Part shown: one piece after another, positions 29,855 through 43,500 of the stretch
How positions within the stretch are numbered: position 1 is the stretch's first letter
Layout: each line of letters begins with the position of its first letter
NCBI RefSeq assembly: GCF_009914755.1
Contig: NC_060933.1
DNA: 64,000 nucleotides
Strand: one strand, 5' to 3'
From: the human T2T-CHM13v2.0 reference genome, Homo sapiens
Notes under the pieces: generated by a model
Database searches by the model: none
The model's input: only the letters and a program-made list of their open reading frames with translations
What the model was told of the DNA's origin: nothing
Position numbers and translations under genes: made by a program

Positions 29855-32800
29855 CATTCCATTCCATTCCATTCCATTGCACACGGGTTCATTCCATTCC
29901 ATTCCATTCCATTCCATTTCGTTCTTTTCCATTCTATTCCGGACCATTCCATTCCATTCCATTCCATTCCATATCATTCCACTCGGGTTTATTCCATTCC
30001 TTTCCATTCCATTCGGGTTCAATCCATTCCATTCCCTTCCATTCCATTCGATTCCATTCCATTGCACTCGGGTTTATTCCATTCAATTCCATTCCATTCC
30101 ATTTCATTCCATTCCATTCCATTCCATTCCATTCTATTCCGTTCCATTCCATTCAATTACATTCGTATTGATTCTTTTTAATTCCCTTACACTCCATTCC
30201 ATTCCATTCCATTCGGGTACTTTCCATTCCATTCCATTCCATTCCACTGCATTCTATTGCACTCGGGTTGATTGATTCCATTCCATTGCATTCCATTCCA
30301 TTCCATTCCATTCCGGATGAATCCATTCCATTGCATTCCTTTCCATTCCATTCCCCTGCACTCGGGTTGATTCCATTCCATTCCATTCCATTCCATTCCG
30401 TTCCATTCCATTCCATTCCATTCTGTTCAGGTTAATTCCATTCCATTCCATTCCCTTCCATTCCATTCCATTCTATTCCATTCCATTCCATTCCATTCCC
30501 CTGCACTCAGTTTGATTCCATTCCATTCCATTCCATTCCATTCCGTTCCATTCCATTCCAATCCATTTTATTCGCATTAATTCCATTCAATTCCATTCCA
30601 TTACATTCCATTGCAATCGAGTTGATTCCATTCCATTCCATTCCATTCCATTCAAGTCCTTTCCGTTCCATTCCACTCGTGTTCATTCCATTTTATTAGT
30701 TTCCATTCCATTCCATTCCCTTACATTCCACTCTGGTTGATTCCATTCCTTTCCATTCTACTCGATTGCATTCCCTTCTATTCCACTCGGATTGATTCCA
30801 TTCCATTCCGTTCCATTCCATTCCATTTCGTTCCATCCCATTCTATTCCATTCCATTCCATTCCATTCCATTCCTTTCCATTCCATTCCGTTCCATTCCA
30901 TTCCATTCCATTCCATTTCTTTCCATTCCATTCTATTCCATACCATTCCATTCCATTCCGTTCCATGCCATTCCACTCGGGTTGATTCCATTGCTTTCCA
31001 TTCCATTTGGGTTGAATCCATTCCATTCCATTCCATTCCATTCCGTTCCGTTCCATTCCATTCCATTACATTCGTATTGATTGTATTCAATTCCCTTACA
31101 CTCCATTACATTCCATTCCATTCGGGTTGTTTCCATTCCATTCCATTCCATTCCACTCCATTCCATTGCAGTCGGGTTGATTCCATTCCATTCCTTTCCA
31201 TTCCCTTCCATTCCATTTCGTTCCATTCCATTCTATTCCATACCATTCCACTCCATTCCATGCCATTCCACTCGGGTTTATTCCATTCCTTTCCATTCCA
31301 TTCGGGTTGAATCCATTCCATTCGGGTTGAATCCATTCCATTCGGGTTGAATCCATTCCATTCCATTCCATTCCATTCCATTCCATTCCATGCCATTCCA
31401 CTCGGGTTGATTCCATTCCTTTCCATTCCATTCGAGTTGAACCCATTCCATTCCATTCCATTCCATTCCATTCCATTCCATTGCTCACGGGTTCATTCCA
31501 TCCAATTCCATTCCATTCCATTGCATTCCATTCCATTCCATTTCGTTCCATTCCATTCTACTCCGTACCATTGCATTCCATTCCATTCCCTTCCATGTCA
31601 TTTCACTCGGGTTTATTCCTTTCCTTTCCATTCCATTCGGGTTGAATCCATTCCATTCCATTCCATTGCATTCCATTCCATTCCATTCCCCTGCAATCGG
31701 GTGGATTCCGTTCTATTCCATTCCATTCCATTCCATTCCATTCCATTCCATTTCGTTCCATTCCATTCTATTCCGTACCTTTCCATTCCATTCCATTCCA
31801 TGCCATTCCACTCGGGTTGATTCCATTGCTTTCCATTCCATTTGGGTTGAATCTAATCCATTCCATTCCATTCCATTCCATTCCATTGCACACGGGTTCA
31901 TTCCATTCCATTCCATTCCATTCCATTTCGTTCTTTTCCATTCTATTCCGGACCATTCCATTCCATTCCATTCCATTCCATATCATTCCACTCGGGTTTA
32001 TTCCATTCCTTTCCATTCCATTCGGGTTCAATCCATTCCATTCCCTTCCATTCCATTCGATTCCATTCCATTGCACTCGGGTTTATTCCATTCAATTCCA
32101 TTCCATTCCATTTCATTCCATTCCATTCCATTCCATTCCATTCTATTCCGTTCCATTCCATTCAATTACATTCGTATTGATTCTTTTTAATTCCCTTACA
32201 CTCCATTCCATTCCATTCCATTCGGGTACTTTCCATTCCATTCCATTCCATTCCACTGCATTCTATTGCACTCGGGTTGATTGATTCCATTCCATTGCAT
32301 TCCATTCCATTCCATTCCATTCCGGATGAATCCATTCCATTGCATTCCTTTCCATTCCATTCCCCTGCACTCGGGTTGATTCCATTCCATTCCATTCCAT
32401 TCCATTCCGTTCCATTCCATTCCATTCCATTCTGTTCAGGTTAATTCCATTCCATTCCATTCCCTTCCATTCCATTCCATTCTATTCCATTCCATTCCAT
32501 TCCATTCCCCTGCACTCAGTTTGATTCCATTCCATTCCATTCCATTCCATTCCGTTCCATTCCATTCCAATCCATTTTATTCGCATTAATTCCATTCAAT
32601 TCCATTCCATTACATTCCATTGCAATCGAGTTGATTCCATTCCATTCCATTCCATTCCATTCAAGTCCTTTCCGTTCCATTCCACTCGTGTTCATTCTAT
32701 TTTATTAGTTTCCATTCCATTCCATTCCCTTACATTCCACTCTGGTTGATTCCATTCCTTTCCATTCTACTCGATTGCATTCCCTTCTATTCCACTCGGA

Positions 32801-33895
32801 TTGATTCCATTCCATTCCGTTCCATTCCATTCCATTTCGTTCCATTCCATTCTATTCCATTCCATTCCATTCCATTCCATTCCTTTCCATTCCATTCCGT
32901 TCCATTCCATTCCATTCCATTCCATTTCTTTCCATTCCATTCTATTCCATACCATTCCATTCCATTCCGTTCCATGCCATTCCACTCGGGTTGATTCCAT
33001 TGCTTTCCATTCCATTTGGGTTGAATCCATTCCATTCCATTCCATTCCATTCCGTTCCGTTCCATTCCATTCCATTACATTCGTATTGATTGTATTCAAT
33101 TCCCTTACACTCCATTACATTCCATTCCATTCGGGTTGTTTCCATTCCATTCCATTCCATTCCACTCCATTCCATTGCAGTCGGGTTGATTCCATTCCAT
33201 TCCTTTCCATTCCCTTCCATTCCATTTCGTTCCATTCCATTCTATTCCATACCATTCCACTCCATTCCATGCCATTCCACTCGGGTTTATTCCATTCCTT
33301 TCCATTCCATTCGGGTTGAATCCATTCCATTCGGGTTGAATCCATTCCATTCGGGTTGAATCCATTCCATTCCATTCCATTCCATTCCATTCCATTCCAT
33401 GCCATTCCACTCGGGTTGATTCCATTCCTTTCCATTCCATTCGAGTTGAACCCATTCCATTCCATTCCATTCCATTCCATTCCATTCCATTGCTCACGGG
33501 TTCATTCCATCCAATTCCATTCCATTCCATTGCATTCCATTCCATTCCATTTCGTTCCATTCCATTCTACTCCGTACCATTGCATTCCATTCCATTCCCT
33601 TCCATGTCATTTCACTCGGGTTTATTCCTTTCCTTTCCATTCCATTCGGGTTGAATCCATTCCATTCCATTCCATTGCATTCCATTCCATTCCATTCCCC
33701 TGCAATCGGGTGGATTCCGTTCTATTCCATTCCATTCCATTCCATTCCATTCCATTCCATTTCGTTCCATTCCATTCTATTCCGTACCTTTCCATTCCAT
33801 TCCATTCCATGCCATTCCACTCGGGTTGATTCCATTGCTTTCCATTCCATTTGGGTTGAATCTAATCCATTCCATTCCATTCCATTCCATTCCAT
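29855..33895 (+). repeat. 2,009-bp near-identical tandem duplication
   Basis: More than 15 ORF pairs at an exact offset of 2009 (29934/31943, 30737/32746, 31347/33356, 31613/33622); rare markers GTTCTTTTCC...CCGGACC and TTGAATCTAATCC each occur twice. Confidence 0.95.
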
Positions 33896-35554
33896 TCCAT
33901 TGCACTAGGTTTGATTCCATTTCATTGCATTCCATTCCTTTCCATTCCATTAAATTCCATTCCACTCGGGTTGATTCCATTCCTTTCCATTCCATTCGTG
34001 TTGAATCCATTCCATTCCATTCCATTACTTTCGATTCCATTCCATTGCACTCGGGTTGAACCCATTCCATTGGATTCCATTCCATTCCATTGCATTCCTT
34101 TCCGTTCCATTCCATTCCATTACATTCGTATTGATTCTATTCACTTCCCTTACACTCCATTCCATTCCATTCCATTTGGGTTGTTTCCATTCCATTCCAT
34201 TCCATTCCACTCCATTCCATTGCAATCGGGTTGATTCCATTCCATTCCATTCCATTCCGTATGATTCCATTCCATTGCATTCCATTCCATTCCATTCCCC
34301 TGCACTCGGGTGGATTCCATTCTATTCCATTCCATTCCATTCCACTCTATTCCATTCCATTCCATTCCATTCCATTCCATTACATTCCATTCTATTCGGG
34401 TTAATTTCATTCCATTCCATTCCATTCCATTCCATTGCATTCCATTGCATTCCATTGAAATCGAGTTGATTCCATTTCATTCCATTCCATTCCATTCCAT
34501 TCCATTCCATTGCATTCTATTCCGGTTAATTCCATTCCATTCCATTCAAATCCATTCCCTTCCATTCCATTCCATTCCATTCTATTAGGGTTAATTCCAT
34601 TCCATTCCATTCCATTACATTCCATTGCAATCGAGTTGATTCCATTCCATTCCATTCCATTCCATTCAATTCCGGATGATTGCATTCCATTGCCTTCCAT
34701 TCCATTCCATTCCCCTGCACTCGGGTTGATTCCATTCCATTCCTTTCCATTCCATTCCGTTCCATTCCATTTCATTCCATTTCATTGCATGCCATTCCAC
34801 TCGGGTTGATTCCATTCCTTTCCATTCCATTCGACTTGAATCCATTCCATTCCATTCCATTCCATTCCATTCCATTCCATTCCATTGCACACGGGTTCAT
34901 TCCATTCCATTCCATTCCATTCCATTCCATTCCATTCCATTCCACTCGGGATGATTCCATTCCTTTCCATTCCATTCGGGTTGAAACCATTCCATTCCAT
35001 TCCATTCCTTTCGATTCCATTCCATTACACTCGGGTTGATCCCATTGCATTGCATTGCATTCCATTCCATTGCATTCCATTCCGTTCCATTCCATTCCAT
35101 TACATTCGTATTGATTCTATTCAATTCCCTTACACTCCATTACATTCCATTCCATTCGGGTTTTTTCCATTCCATTCCACTCCATTCCATTGCAATCAGG
35201 TTGATTCCATTCCATTCCATTCCATTCCATTCCGTTCCATTCCATTCCATTCCATTCTGTTCAGGTTAATTCCATTCCATTCCATTCCCTTCCATTCCAT
35301 TCCATTCCATTCCATTCCATCCAATTGCAATCGACTTGATTCCATTGCTTTCCATTCCATTCCATTCCATTCCATTGCATTCCATTCCATTACATTCCAT
35401 TCCATTGCATTCCATTCCATTCTATTCCCCTGCACTCAGATTGATTCCATTCCATCCCATTCCATTCCATTCCGTTCCATTCCATTCCATTACATTTGGA
35501 TTGATTGTATTCAATTCCCTTACACTCCATTACATTCCATTCCATTCTGGTTGT

Positions 35555-35601
35555 TTCCATTCCATTCCATTCCGTGTGTAATGGAATGGAATGGAATGGA
35601 A
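35555..35601. other. Strand-switch (inversion) junction within the satellite array
   Basis: Sequence TTCCATTCCATTCCATTCC-GTGTGTAAT-GGAATGGAATGGAATGGAA; orientation flips within ~10 bp. ORFs 34885..35649 and 35505..35849 switch from IPFHS to MEWNG here. Confidence 0.97.
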
Positions 35602-38600
35602 TGGAATGGAATGGAATGGGTTCAACTAGAATGGAATGGAAAGGAATAGAATCAACCCGAGTGGAATGGCATGGAATGGAATGGAATGGAATGGAATGGA
35701 ATGGAATGAAATGGAATGGAAGGGAATGGATTGAAATGGAATGGAATGGAATGGAATCAACCCGAGTGCAATGTAATGGAATGGAATGGAATGGAATGGA
35801 ATGGAATGGAATGAATTCAACCCGAATGGAATGGAAAGGAATGGAATAAACCCGAGTGGAATGGCATGGAATGGAGTGGAATGGAATGGAATGGAATACT
35901 ACGGAAGAGAATGGAATGGAACGAAATGGAATGGAATGGAATGGAATGGAATGGAATGAACACGTGAGCAATGGAATGGAATCGAATGGAATAGAATGGA
36001 ATGGAATGGATTCAACTCGAATGGAATGGAAAGGAATGGAATCAACCCGAGTGGAATGGCATGGAATGGAATGGAATGGAATGGAATGGAATGGAATGGA
36101 ATAGAATGGAATGGTACGGAATAGAATGGAATGGAATGGAATGGAATGGAATGAACACGTGAGCAATGGAATGGATTCGAATGGAATAGAATGGAATGGA
36201 ATGGATTCAACTCGAATGGAATGGAAAGGAATGGAATCAACCCGAGTGGAATGGCATGGAATGGAATGGAATGGAATGGAATGGAATGGAATGGAATGGA
36301 ATGGAATCAACTCGATTGCAAAGGAATGTAATGGAATGGAATGGAACGGAATTAACGCAAATAGAATGGAATGGAAAGGAATGGAACGGAATGGAATGGA
36401 AAGGAATGGAATGGAATCAATCTGAGTGCAGGGGAATACAATGGAATGGAATGCAATGGAATGGAATGGAATGGAATGCAATGGAATCACCTCGATTGCA
36501 ATGGGATGGAATGGAATGGAATGGAATGGAAGGGAATGGAATGGAATGGAATTAACCTGAACAGAATGGAATGGAATGGAATGGAATGGAATGGAATGGA
36601 ATGCAATGGAATGGAATCAATCAACCCGAGTGCAATAGAATGCAGTGGAATGGAATGGAATGGAATGGAATGGAATGGAATGAAATGGAATGGCAGGGAA
36701 TGGAATGGAATCAACCCGAGTGCAAAGGAATGGAATGGAATGGAATGGAATGGAATGGAATGGAATGGATTCAACCCGAATGGAATGGAAAGGAATGGAA
36801 TAAACCTGAGTGGAATCGCATGGAATGGAATGGAATGGAATGGAATGGAATGGAATGGTACGGAATAGAATGGAATGGAACGAAATGGAATGGAATGGAA
36901 TGGAATGGAATGGAATGGAATCAACCTGAGTGCAATGGAATGGAGTGGAATGGAATGGTATGGAATGGAAACAACCCGAATGGAATGGAATGTAATGGAG
37001 TGTAAGGGAATTGAATACAATCAATCCGAATGTAATGGAATGGAATGGAACGGAATGGAATGGAATGGAATGCAGTGGAATGGAATCAAACCTAGTGCAA
37101 TGGAATGGAATGGAATGGAATGGAATGGAATGGAATGGAATGGATTGGATTCAACCCAAATGGAATGGAAAGCAATGGAATCAACCCGAGTGGAATGGCA
37201 TGGAATGGAATGGAATGGAATGGAATGGAATGGAATGGAATGGAATGGTACAGAATAGAATGGAATGGAATGAAATGGAATGGAATGGAATGGAATGGAA
37301 CGGAATGGAATGGAATCAACTCGATTGCAATGGAATGTAATGGAATGGAATGCAATGGAATTAACGCGAATAGAATGGAATGGAATGTAATGGAACGGAA
37401 TGGAATGGAATGGGATGGAATGGAATCAATCTGACCGCAGGGGAATGGAATGGAATGGAATGCAGTGGAATGGAATGGAATGGAATGGAATGCAATGGAA
37501 TCAACAAGATTGCAATGGGATGGAATGGAATGGAATGCAATGGAAGGGAATGGAATGGAATGGAATTAACCTGAACAGAATGGAATGGAATGGAATGGAA
37601 AGGAATGGAAGGGAATGGAATGGAATGGAATTAAGCTGAAGAGAATGGAATGGAATGGAATGGAACGGAATGGAATGGAATGGAATGGAATGGAATGCAA
37701 TGGAATGGGATCAACCCGAGTGCAGGGGAATGGAATGGAATGGAATGCAATGGAATGGAATCAATCAACCCGAGTGCAATAGAATGCAGTGGAATGGAAT
37801 GGAATGGAATGGAAAGTACCCGAATGGAAAGGAATGTAATGGAGTGTAAGGGAATTAAAAAGAATCAATCCGAATGTAATGGAATGGAAGGGAACGGAAT
37901 GGAATGGAATGGATTGGAATGGAATGGAATGGAATGGAATGGAATGAAATGGAATGGCATGGAATGGAATGGAATCAACCCGAGTTCAATGGAATGGAAT
38001 GGAATGGAATGGATTCAACCCGAATGGAATGGAAAGGAATGGAATAAACCCGAGTGAAATGGCATGGAAGGGAATGGAATGGAATGGAATGGTAAGGAAT
38101 AGAATGGAATGGAACGAAATGGAATGGAATGGAATGGAATGGAATGGAATGGAATGAACCCGTGTGCAATGGAATGGAATGGAATGGAATGGAATGGAAC
38201 GGAATGGAATGGAATGGGTTCAACTAGAATGGAATGGAAAGGAATGGAATCAACCCGAGTGGAATGGCATGGAATGGAATGGAAAGGAATGGAATGGAAT
38301 GGAATGGAATGGAATGGAATGGAATGAAATGGAATGGAAGGGAATGGATTGAAATGGAATTGAATGGAATGGAATCAACCCGAGTGCAATGTAATGGAAT
38401 GGAATGGAATGGAATGGAATGGAATGGAATGGAACGGAATGGAATGGAATCAACTCGATTGCAAAGGAATGTAATGGAATGGAATGGAACGGAATTAACG
38501 CAAATAGAATGGAATGGAAAGGAATGGAACGGAATGGAATGGAAAGGAATGGAATGGAATCAATCTGAGTGCAGGGGAATGGAATGGAATGGAATGCAAT

Positions 38601-39990
38601 GGAATGGAATGGAATGGAATGCAATGGAATCACCTCGATTGCAATGGGATGGAATGGAATGGAATGAAATGGAAGGGAATGGAATGGAATGGAATTAACC
38701 TGAACAGAATGGAATGGAATGGAATGGAATGGAATGGAATGGAATGGAATTTAATGGAATGCAATGGAATGGAATCAATCAACGCGAGTGCAATAGAATG
38801 CAGTGGAATGGAATGGAATGGAATGGAAAGTACCCGAATGGAATGGAATGTAATGGAGTGTAAGGGAATTAAAAAGAATCAATCCGAATGTAATGGAATG
38901 GATTGAAAGGAAAGGAATGGAATGGAATGGAATGGAATGGAATGGAATGGAATGGAATGAAATGGAATGGCATAGAAAGGAATGGAATCAACCCGAGCCC
39001 AATGGAATGGAATGGAATGGAATGGAATGGAATGGAATGGAATGGATTCAACCCGAATGGAATGGAATGGAATGGAATAAACCCGAGTGAAATGGCATGG
39101 AAGGGAATGGAATGGAATGGAATGGTACGGAGTAGAATGGAATGGAACGAAATGGAATGGAATGGAATGGAATGGAATGGAATGAACCCGTGAGCAATGG
39201 AATGGAATGGAATGGAATGGAATGGAATGGAATGGAATGGGTTCAATTCGAATGGAATGGAAAGGAATGGAATCAACCCGAGTGCAATGGCATGGAATGG
39301 AAAGGAATGGAATGGAATGGAATGGAATGGATTCAACCCAAATGGAATGGAAAGGAATGGAATAAACCCGAGTGGAATGGCATGGAATGGAGTGGAATGG
39401 AATGGAATGGAAGGGAAAGGAATGGAATGGAATTAACCTGAACGGAATGGAATGGAATGGAATGGAACGGAATGGAAGGGAATGGAATGGAATGGAATTA
39501 ACCTGAACAGAATGGAATGGAATGGAATGGAACGCAATGGAATGGAATGGAATGGAATGGAATGGAATGGAATGGAATGCAATGCAATGGGATCAACCCG
39601 AGTGCAGGGGAATGGAATGGAATGGAATGCAATGGAATGGAATCAATGAACCCGAGTGCAATAGAATGCAGTTGAATGGAATGGAATGGAATGGAAAGTA
39701 CCCGAATGGAATGGAATGGAATGGAGTGTAAGGGAATTAAAAAGAATCGATCCGAATGTAATGGAATGGAATGGAATGGAACGGAATTGAATGGAATGGA
39801 ATGGAATGGAATGGAATCAACTCGATTGCAATGGAATGGAATGGAATGGAATGGAATGGAATGGAATTAACCCGAATAGAATCGAATGGAACGGAAAGGA
39901 AGGGAATGGAATGGAATGTAATCAACTCGAGTGCAGGGGAAAGCAATGCAATGGAATGAAATGGAATGGAGTCATACGGAATGGAAGGGA
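35574..39990 (-). repeat. HSat3 sub-domain B' (inverted B)
   Basis: Reverse complements of B markers: CAAACCTAGTGC (~37087), GGAATCAATCAAC (~36613, 37757, 38771), GGGAATTAAAAAGAATC (~37850, 38864, 39732), GTCATACGGAATGGAAGGG (~39971, matching ~28870). Confidence 0.75.
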
Positions 39991-40529
39991 ATGGAATGGA
40001 ATGGATTCAACTCGAATGGAATCAACTCGATTGCAATGGAATGGAATGGAATGGAAAGGAATAGAATGGAATCAACCCGAGTGGAATGGAATGGAAAGGA
40101 CTGGAATGGAGTGGAATGCAATGGAATGGAATTAACCCGAATAGAATGAAATGGAACGGAAAGGAACGGAATGTAATGCAATGGAATCGAATGGAATCAT
40201 CCCGAGTGCAGGGGAATGGAATGGAATGGAATGCAATGCAATGGAATCATCCGGAATGGAATGGAATGGAATGGAATGGAATGGAATGGAATCAATTCGA
40301 TTTCAATGGAATGGAATGGAATAGAATGGAATGGAATTAACACGAATAGAATGGAATGGAATGGAATGGAATGGAACAGAAAGGAATGGAATGGAATCAA
40401 CCCAAGTGCAGGGGAATGGAATGGAAGGGAATTCAATGGAATGGAATCATCCGGAATGGAATGGAATGGAATGGAATGGAATGGAATGGAATGGAATGGA
40501 ATCAACCCGAGTGCAATGGAATGGAGAGC

Positions 40530-43500
40530 AATGGAATGGAATGGAATGGAAACTACCCGAATGGAATGGAATGGAATGGAGTGTAAGGGAATTGAATAGA
40601 ATGAATCCGAATGGAATGGAATGGAATGGAAAGGAATGGAATGGAATGGAATGGAATGCAATGCCATGGAATCAACCCGAGTGCAATCGAATGGAATCGA
40701 ATGGAATCGAATGAAATGGAATGCAATGGAATGGATTCAACTTGAATGGAATGGAAAGAATGGAATCAACACGAGTGGAATGGCAAGGATTGGAATGGAA
40801 TGGAATGGAATCAACCCGAGTACAGGGGAATGGAATGGAATGGAATGAAATGGAATGGAATCCTACGTAATGTAATGGAAAGGAATGGAATGGAATGGAA
40901 TGGAATGGAATGGAATTGAATGGAATCAACTCGATTGCAATCGAATGCAATGGAATGGAATTAACCCGAATAGAATGGAATGGAATGGAATGGAATGGAA
41001 CGGAACGGAATGGAATGGAATGGAATGGAATGGAATGGAACGGATCGGAATGGAATGGAATGGAATGGAATGGAATCAACGCGAGTGCAGGGGAATGGAA
41101 TGGAATGGAATGCAATGGAATGGAATCTTCCGGAATGGAATGGAATGGAATGCAATGGATTCAACTCGATTGCAATGGAATGCAATAGAATGGAATGGAA
41201 TGGAATGGAATGGAATTAACCCGAATAGAATGGAATGGAATGGAATGGAACGGAAGGGAACGGAACGGAACGGAACGGAACGGAATGGAATGGAATGGAA
41301 TGCAATCAACACGAGTGCAGGGGAATGGAATGGAATGGAATGCAATGGAATGGAATCATCCGGAATGGAATGGAATGGAATGGAATCAACTCCATTGCAA
41401 TGGAATGGAATGGAATGGAATGGAATAGAATGGAATGGAATTAACCCGAATAGAATGGAATGCAATAGAATGGAATGCAACGGAACCGAATGGAGTGGAA
41501 TGGAATGGAATGGAATCAACCCGAGTACAGGGGAATGGAATGGAATGGAATGCAATGGAATGGAGTCATCCGTAATGGAATGGAAAGGAATGGAATGGAA
41601 TGGAATGGAATGGAATGGAATGGAATGGAATGGAATCAACTCGATGGCAATCGAATGGAATGGAATGGAATTAACCCGAATAGAACGGAATGGAATGGAA
41701 TGGAACGGAACGGAATGGAATGGAATGGAATGGAATTGAATGGAATGGAATGCCTTCAAACCAAATGGAATGGAAAGGAATGGAATCAACACGAGTGGAA
41801 AGGAATGGAATGGAAAGGAATGGAATGGAATGGAATGGTACGGAATAGAATGGAATGGAACGAACTGGAATGGAATGGAATGGAATGGAATGGAATGGAA
41901 TGGAATGGAATCGTTCCGAGTGGAATAGGAGGGAATGTATTCGAGTGGAATGGAAAAGAATGGAATCAACCAGAGTGAAATGGAAGGGAATGGAATGGAA
42001 TGGAAACTAATAGAATGGAATAAACCCGAGTGGAATGGAATGGAAAGGACTGGAATGGGATGGAATGGAATGGAATGGAATGGAATGGAATCAACTCTAG
42101 TAATGGAATGGAATGGAATGGAATGGAATGGAATGGAATGGAATGGAATTAACCCAAATACAATGGAATGGAATGGAATGGAACACAATGGAGTGGAATG
42201 GAATGGAATCAACCCGAGTGCAGGGGAATGGAATGGAATGGAATGCAATGGAATGGAATCATCCGGAATGGAATGGAATGGAATGGAATGCAAAGCAATG
42301 GAATCAACTCGATTGCAATGGAATGGAATGGAATGGAAAGGAATAGAATGGAATCAACCCGAGTGTAATGGAATGGAAAGGACTGGAATGGAGTGGAATG
42401 GAATGGAATGGAATGGAATGGAATCAACTCGATTGGAAAGGAATGGAATGGAATGGAATGGAATGGAATTAACCCGAATAGAATGGAATGGAATGGAATG
42501 GAACGGAATGGAATGGAATGGAATGGAATGGAATGGAATCAACCCGACTGCAGGGGAATGGAGTGGAATGGAATGAAATGGAATCATCCGGAATGGAATG
42601 GAATGGAATGCAATGGAATGGAATGGAATGGAATCAACCCGAGTGCAATGGAATGGAATCGAATGGAATGGAATGCAATGGAATGGATTCAACTTGAATG
42701 GAATGGAAAGAATGGAATCAACACGAGTGGAATGGCATGGATTGGAATGGAATGGAATGGAATCAACCCGAGTATAGGGGAATGGAATGGTATGGAATGC
42801 AATGGAATGGAATCATCCGGAATGGAATGGAAAGGAATGGAATGGAATGGAATGGAGTGGAATGGAATCAACTCGATTGCAATCGAATGGAATGGAATGG
42901 AATTAACCCGAATAGAATGGAATGGAATGGAATGGAACGGAACGGAATGGAATGGAATGGAATGGAATGGAACGGAACGGAATGGAATGGAATGGAATGG
43001 AATGGAATGGAATGGAATCAACGCGAGTGCAGGGGAATGGAATGGAATGGAATGCAATGGAATGGAGTCTTCCGGAATGGAATGGAATGGAATGGAATGG
43101 AATGAAATGCAATGGATTCAACTCGATTGCAATGGAATGGAATAGAATGCAATGGAATGGAATTGAATGGAATTAATTCGAATAGAATGGAATGGAATGG
43201 AATGGAACGGAATAGAACGGAATGGAATGGAATGGAATGGAATGGTATGGAATGGAATGGAATGGTACAGAATAGAATGGAATGGAACGAATTGTAATGG
43301 AATGGAATTGAATGGAATGGAATGGAATGGAATGGAATCAACGCGAGTGCAGGGGAATGTAATGGAACGGAATGCAATGGAATGGAATCATCCGGAATGG
43401 AATGGAATGGAATGCAATGGAATGGAATCTTCCGGAATCGAATGGAATGCAATGCAATGGATTCAACTCGATTGCAATGGAATGCAATAGAATGGAATGG

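Larger units (their letters stand above)
1..35573 (+). repeat. Satellite III (HSat3) array, left arm, (CATTC)n on + strand
   Basis: Continuous CATTC/ATTCC pentamer runs interrupted by the classical SatIII spacer A(C/T)TCGGGTTG (e.g. GCACTCGGGTTGATTCC, GCAATCGAGTTGATTCC). No non-satellite sequence seen. Confidence 0.98.
19621..35573 (+). repeat. HSat3 sub-domain B (left), appears more divergent
   Basis: Enriched in TTCCATGCCATTCCACTCGGG, TTGGGTTGAATCC, GCACTAGGTTTG (~20222, 23111, 23846, 26141, 33902), GGTTGATTGATTCC (~22300, 26870, 27483, 30266, 32275) and TTCTTTTTAATTCCC. Confidence 0.75.

Noticed and set aside
35540-35620. Transposon insertion or target-site duplication at the inversion
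   Set aside because: All junction bases are explained by satellite paralogs; no Alu or L1 sequence or poly-A tail was seen anywhere in the window.
35961-36161. E-box CACGTG sites near the junction
   Set aside because: Two 6-mers derived from one point variant of the AACCCGTG spacer in a 195-bp duplication; no support for function.
34885-36490. Chimeric ORFs crossing the junction (IPFHS to MEWNG)
   Set aside because: They only report the strand switch; there is no evidence of coding function.
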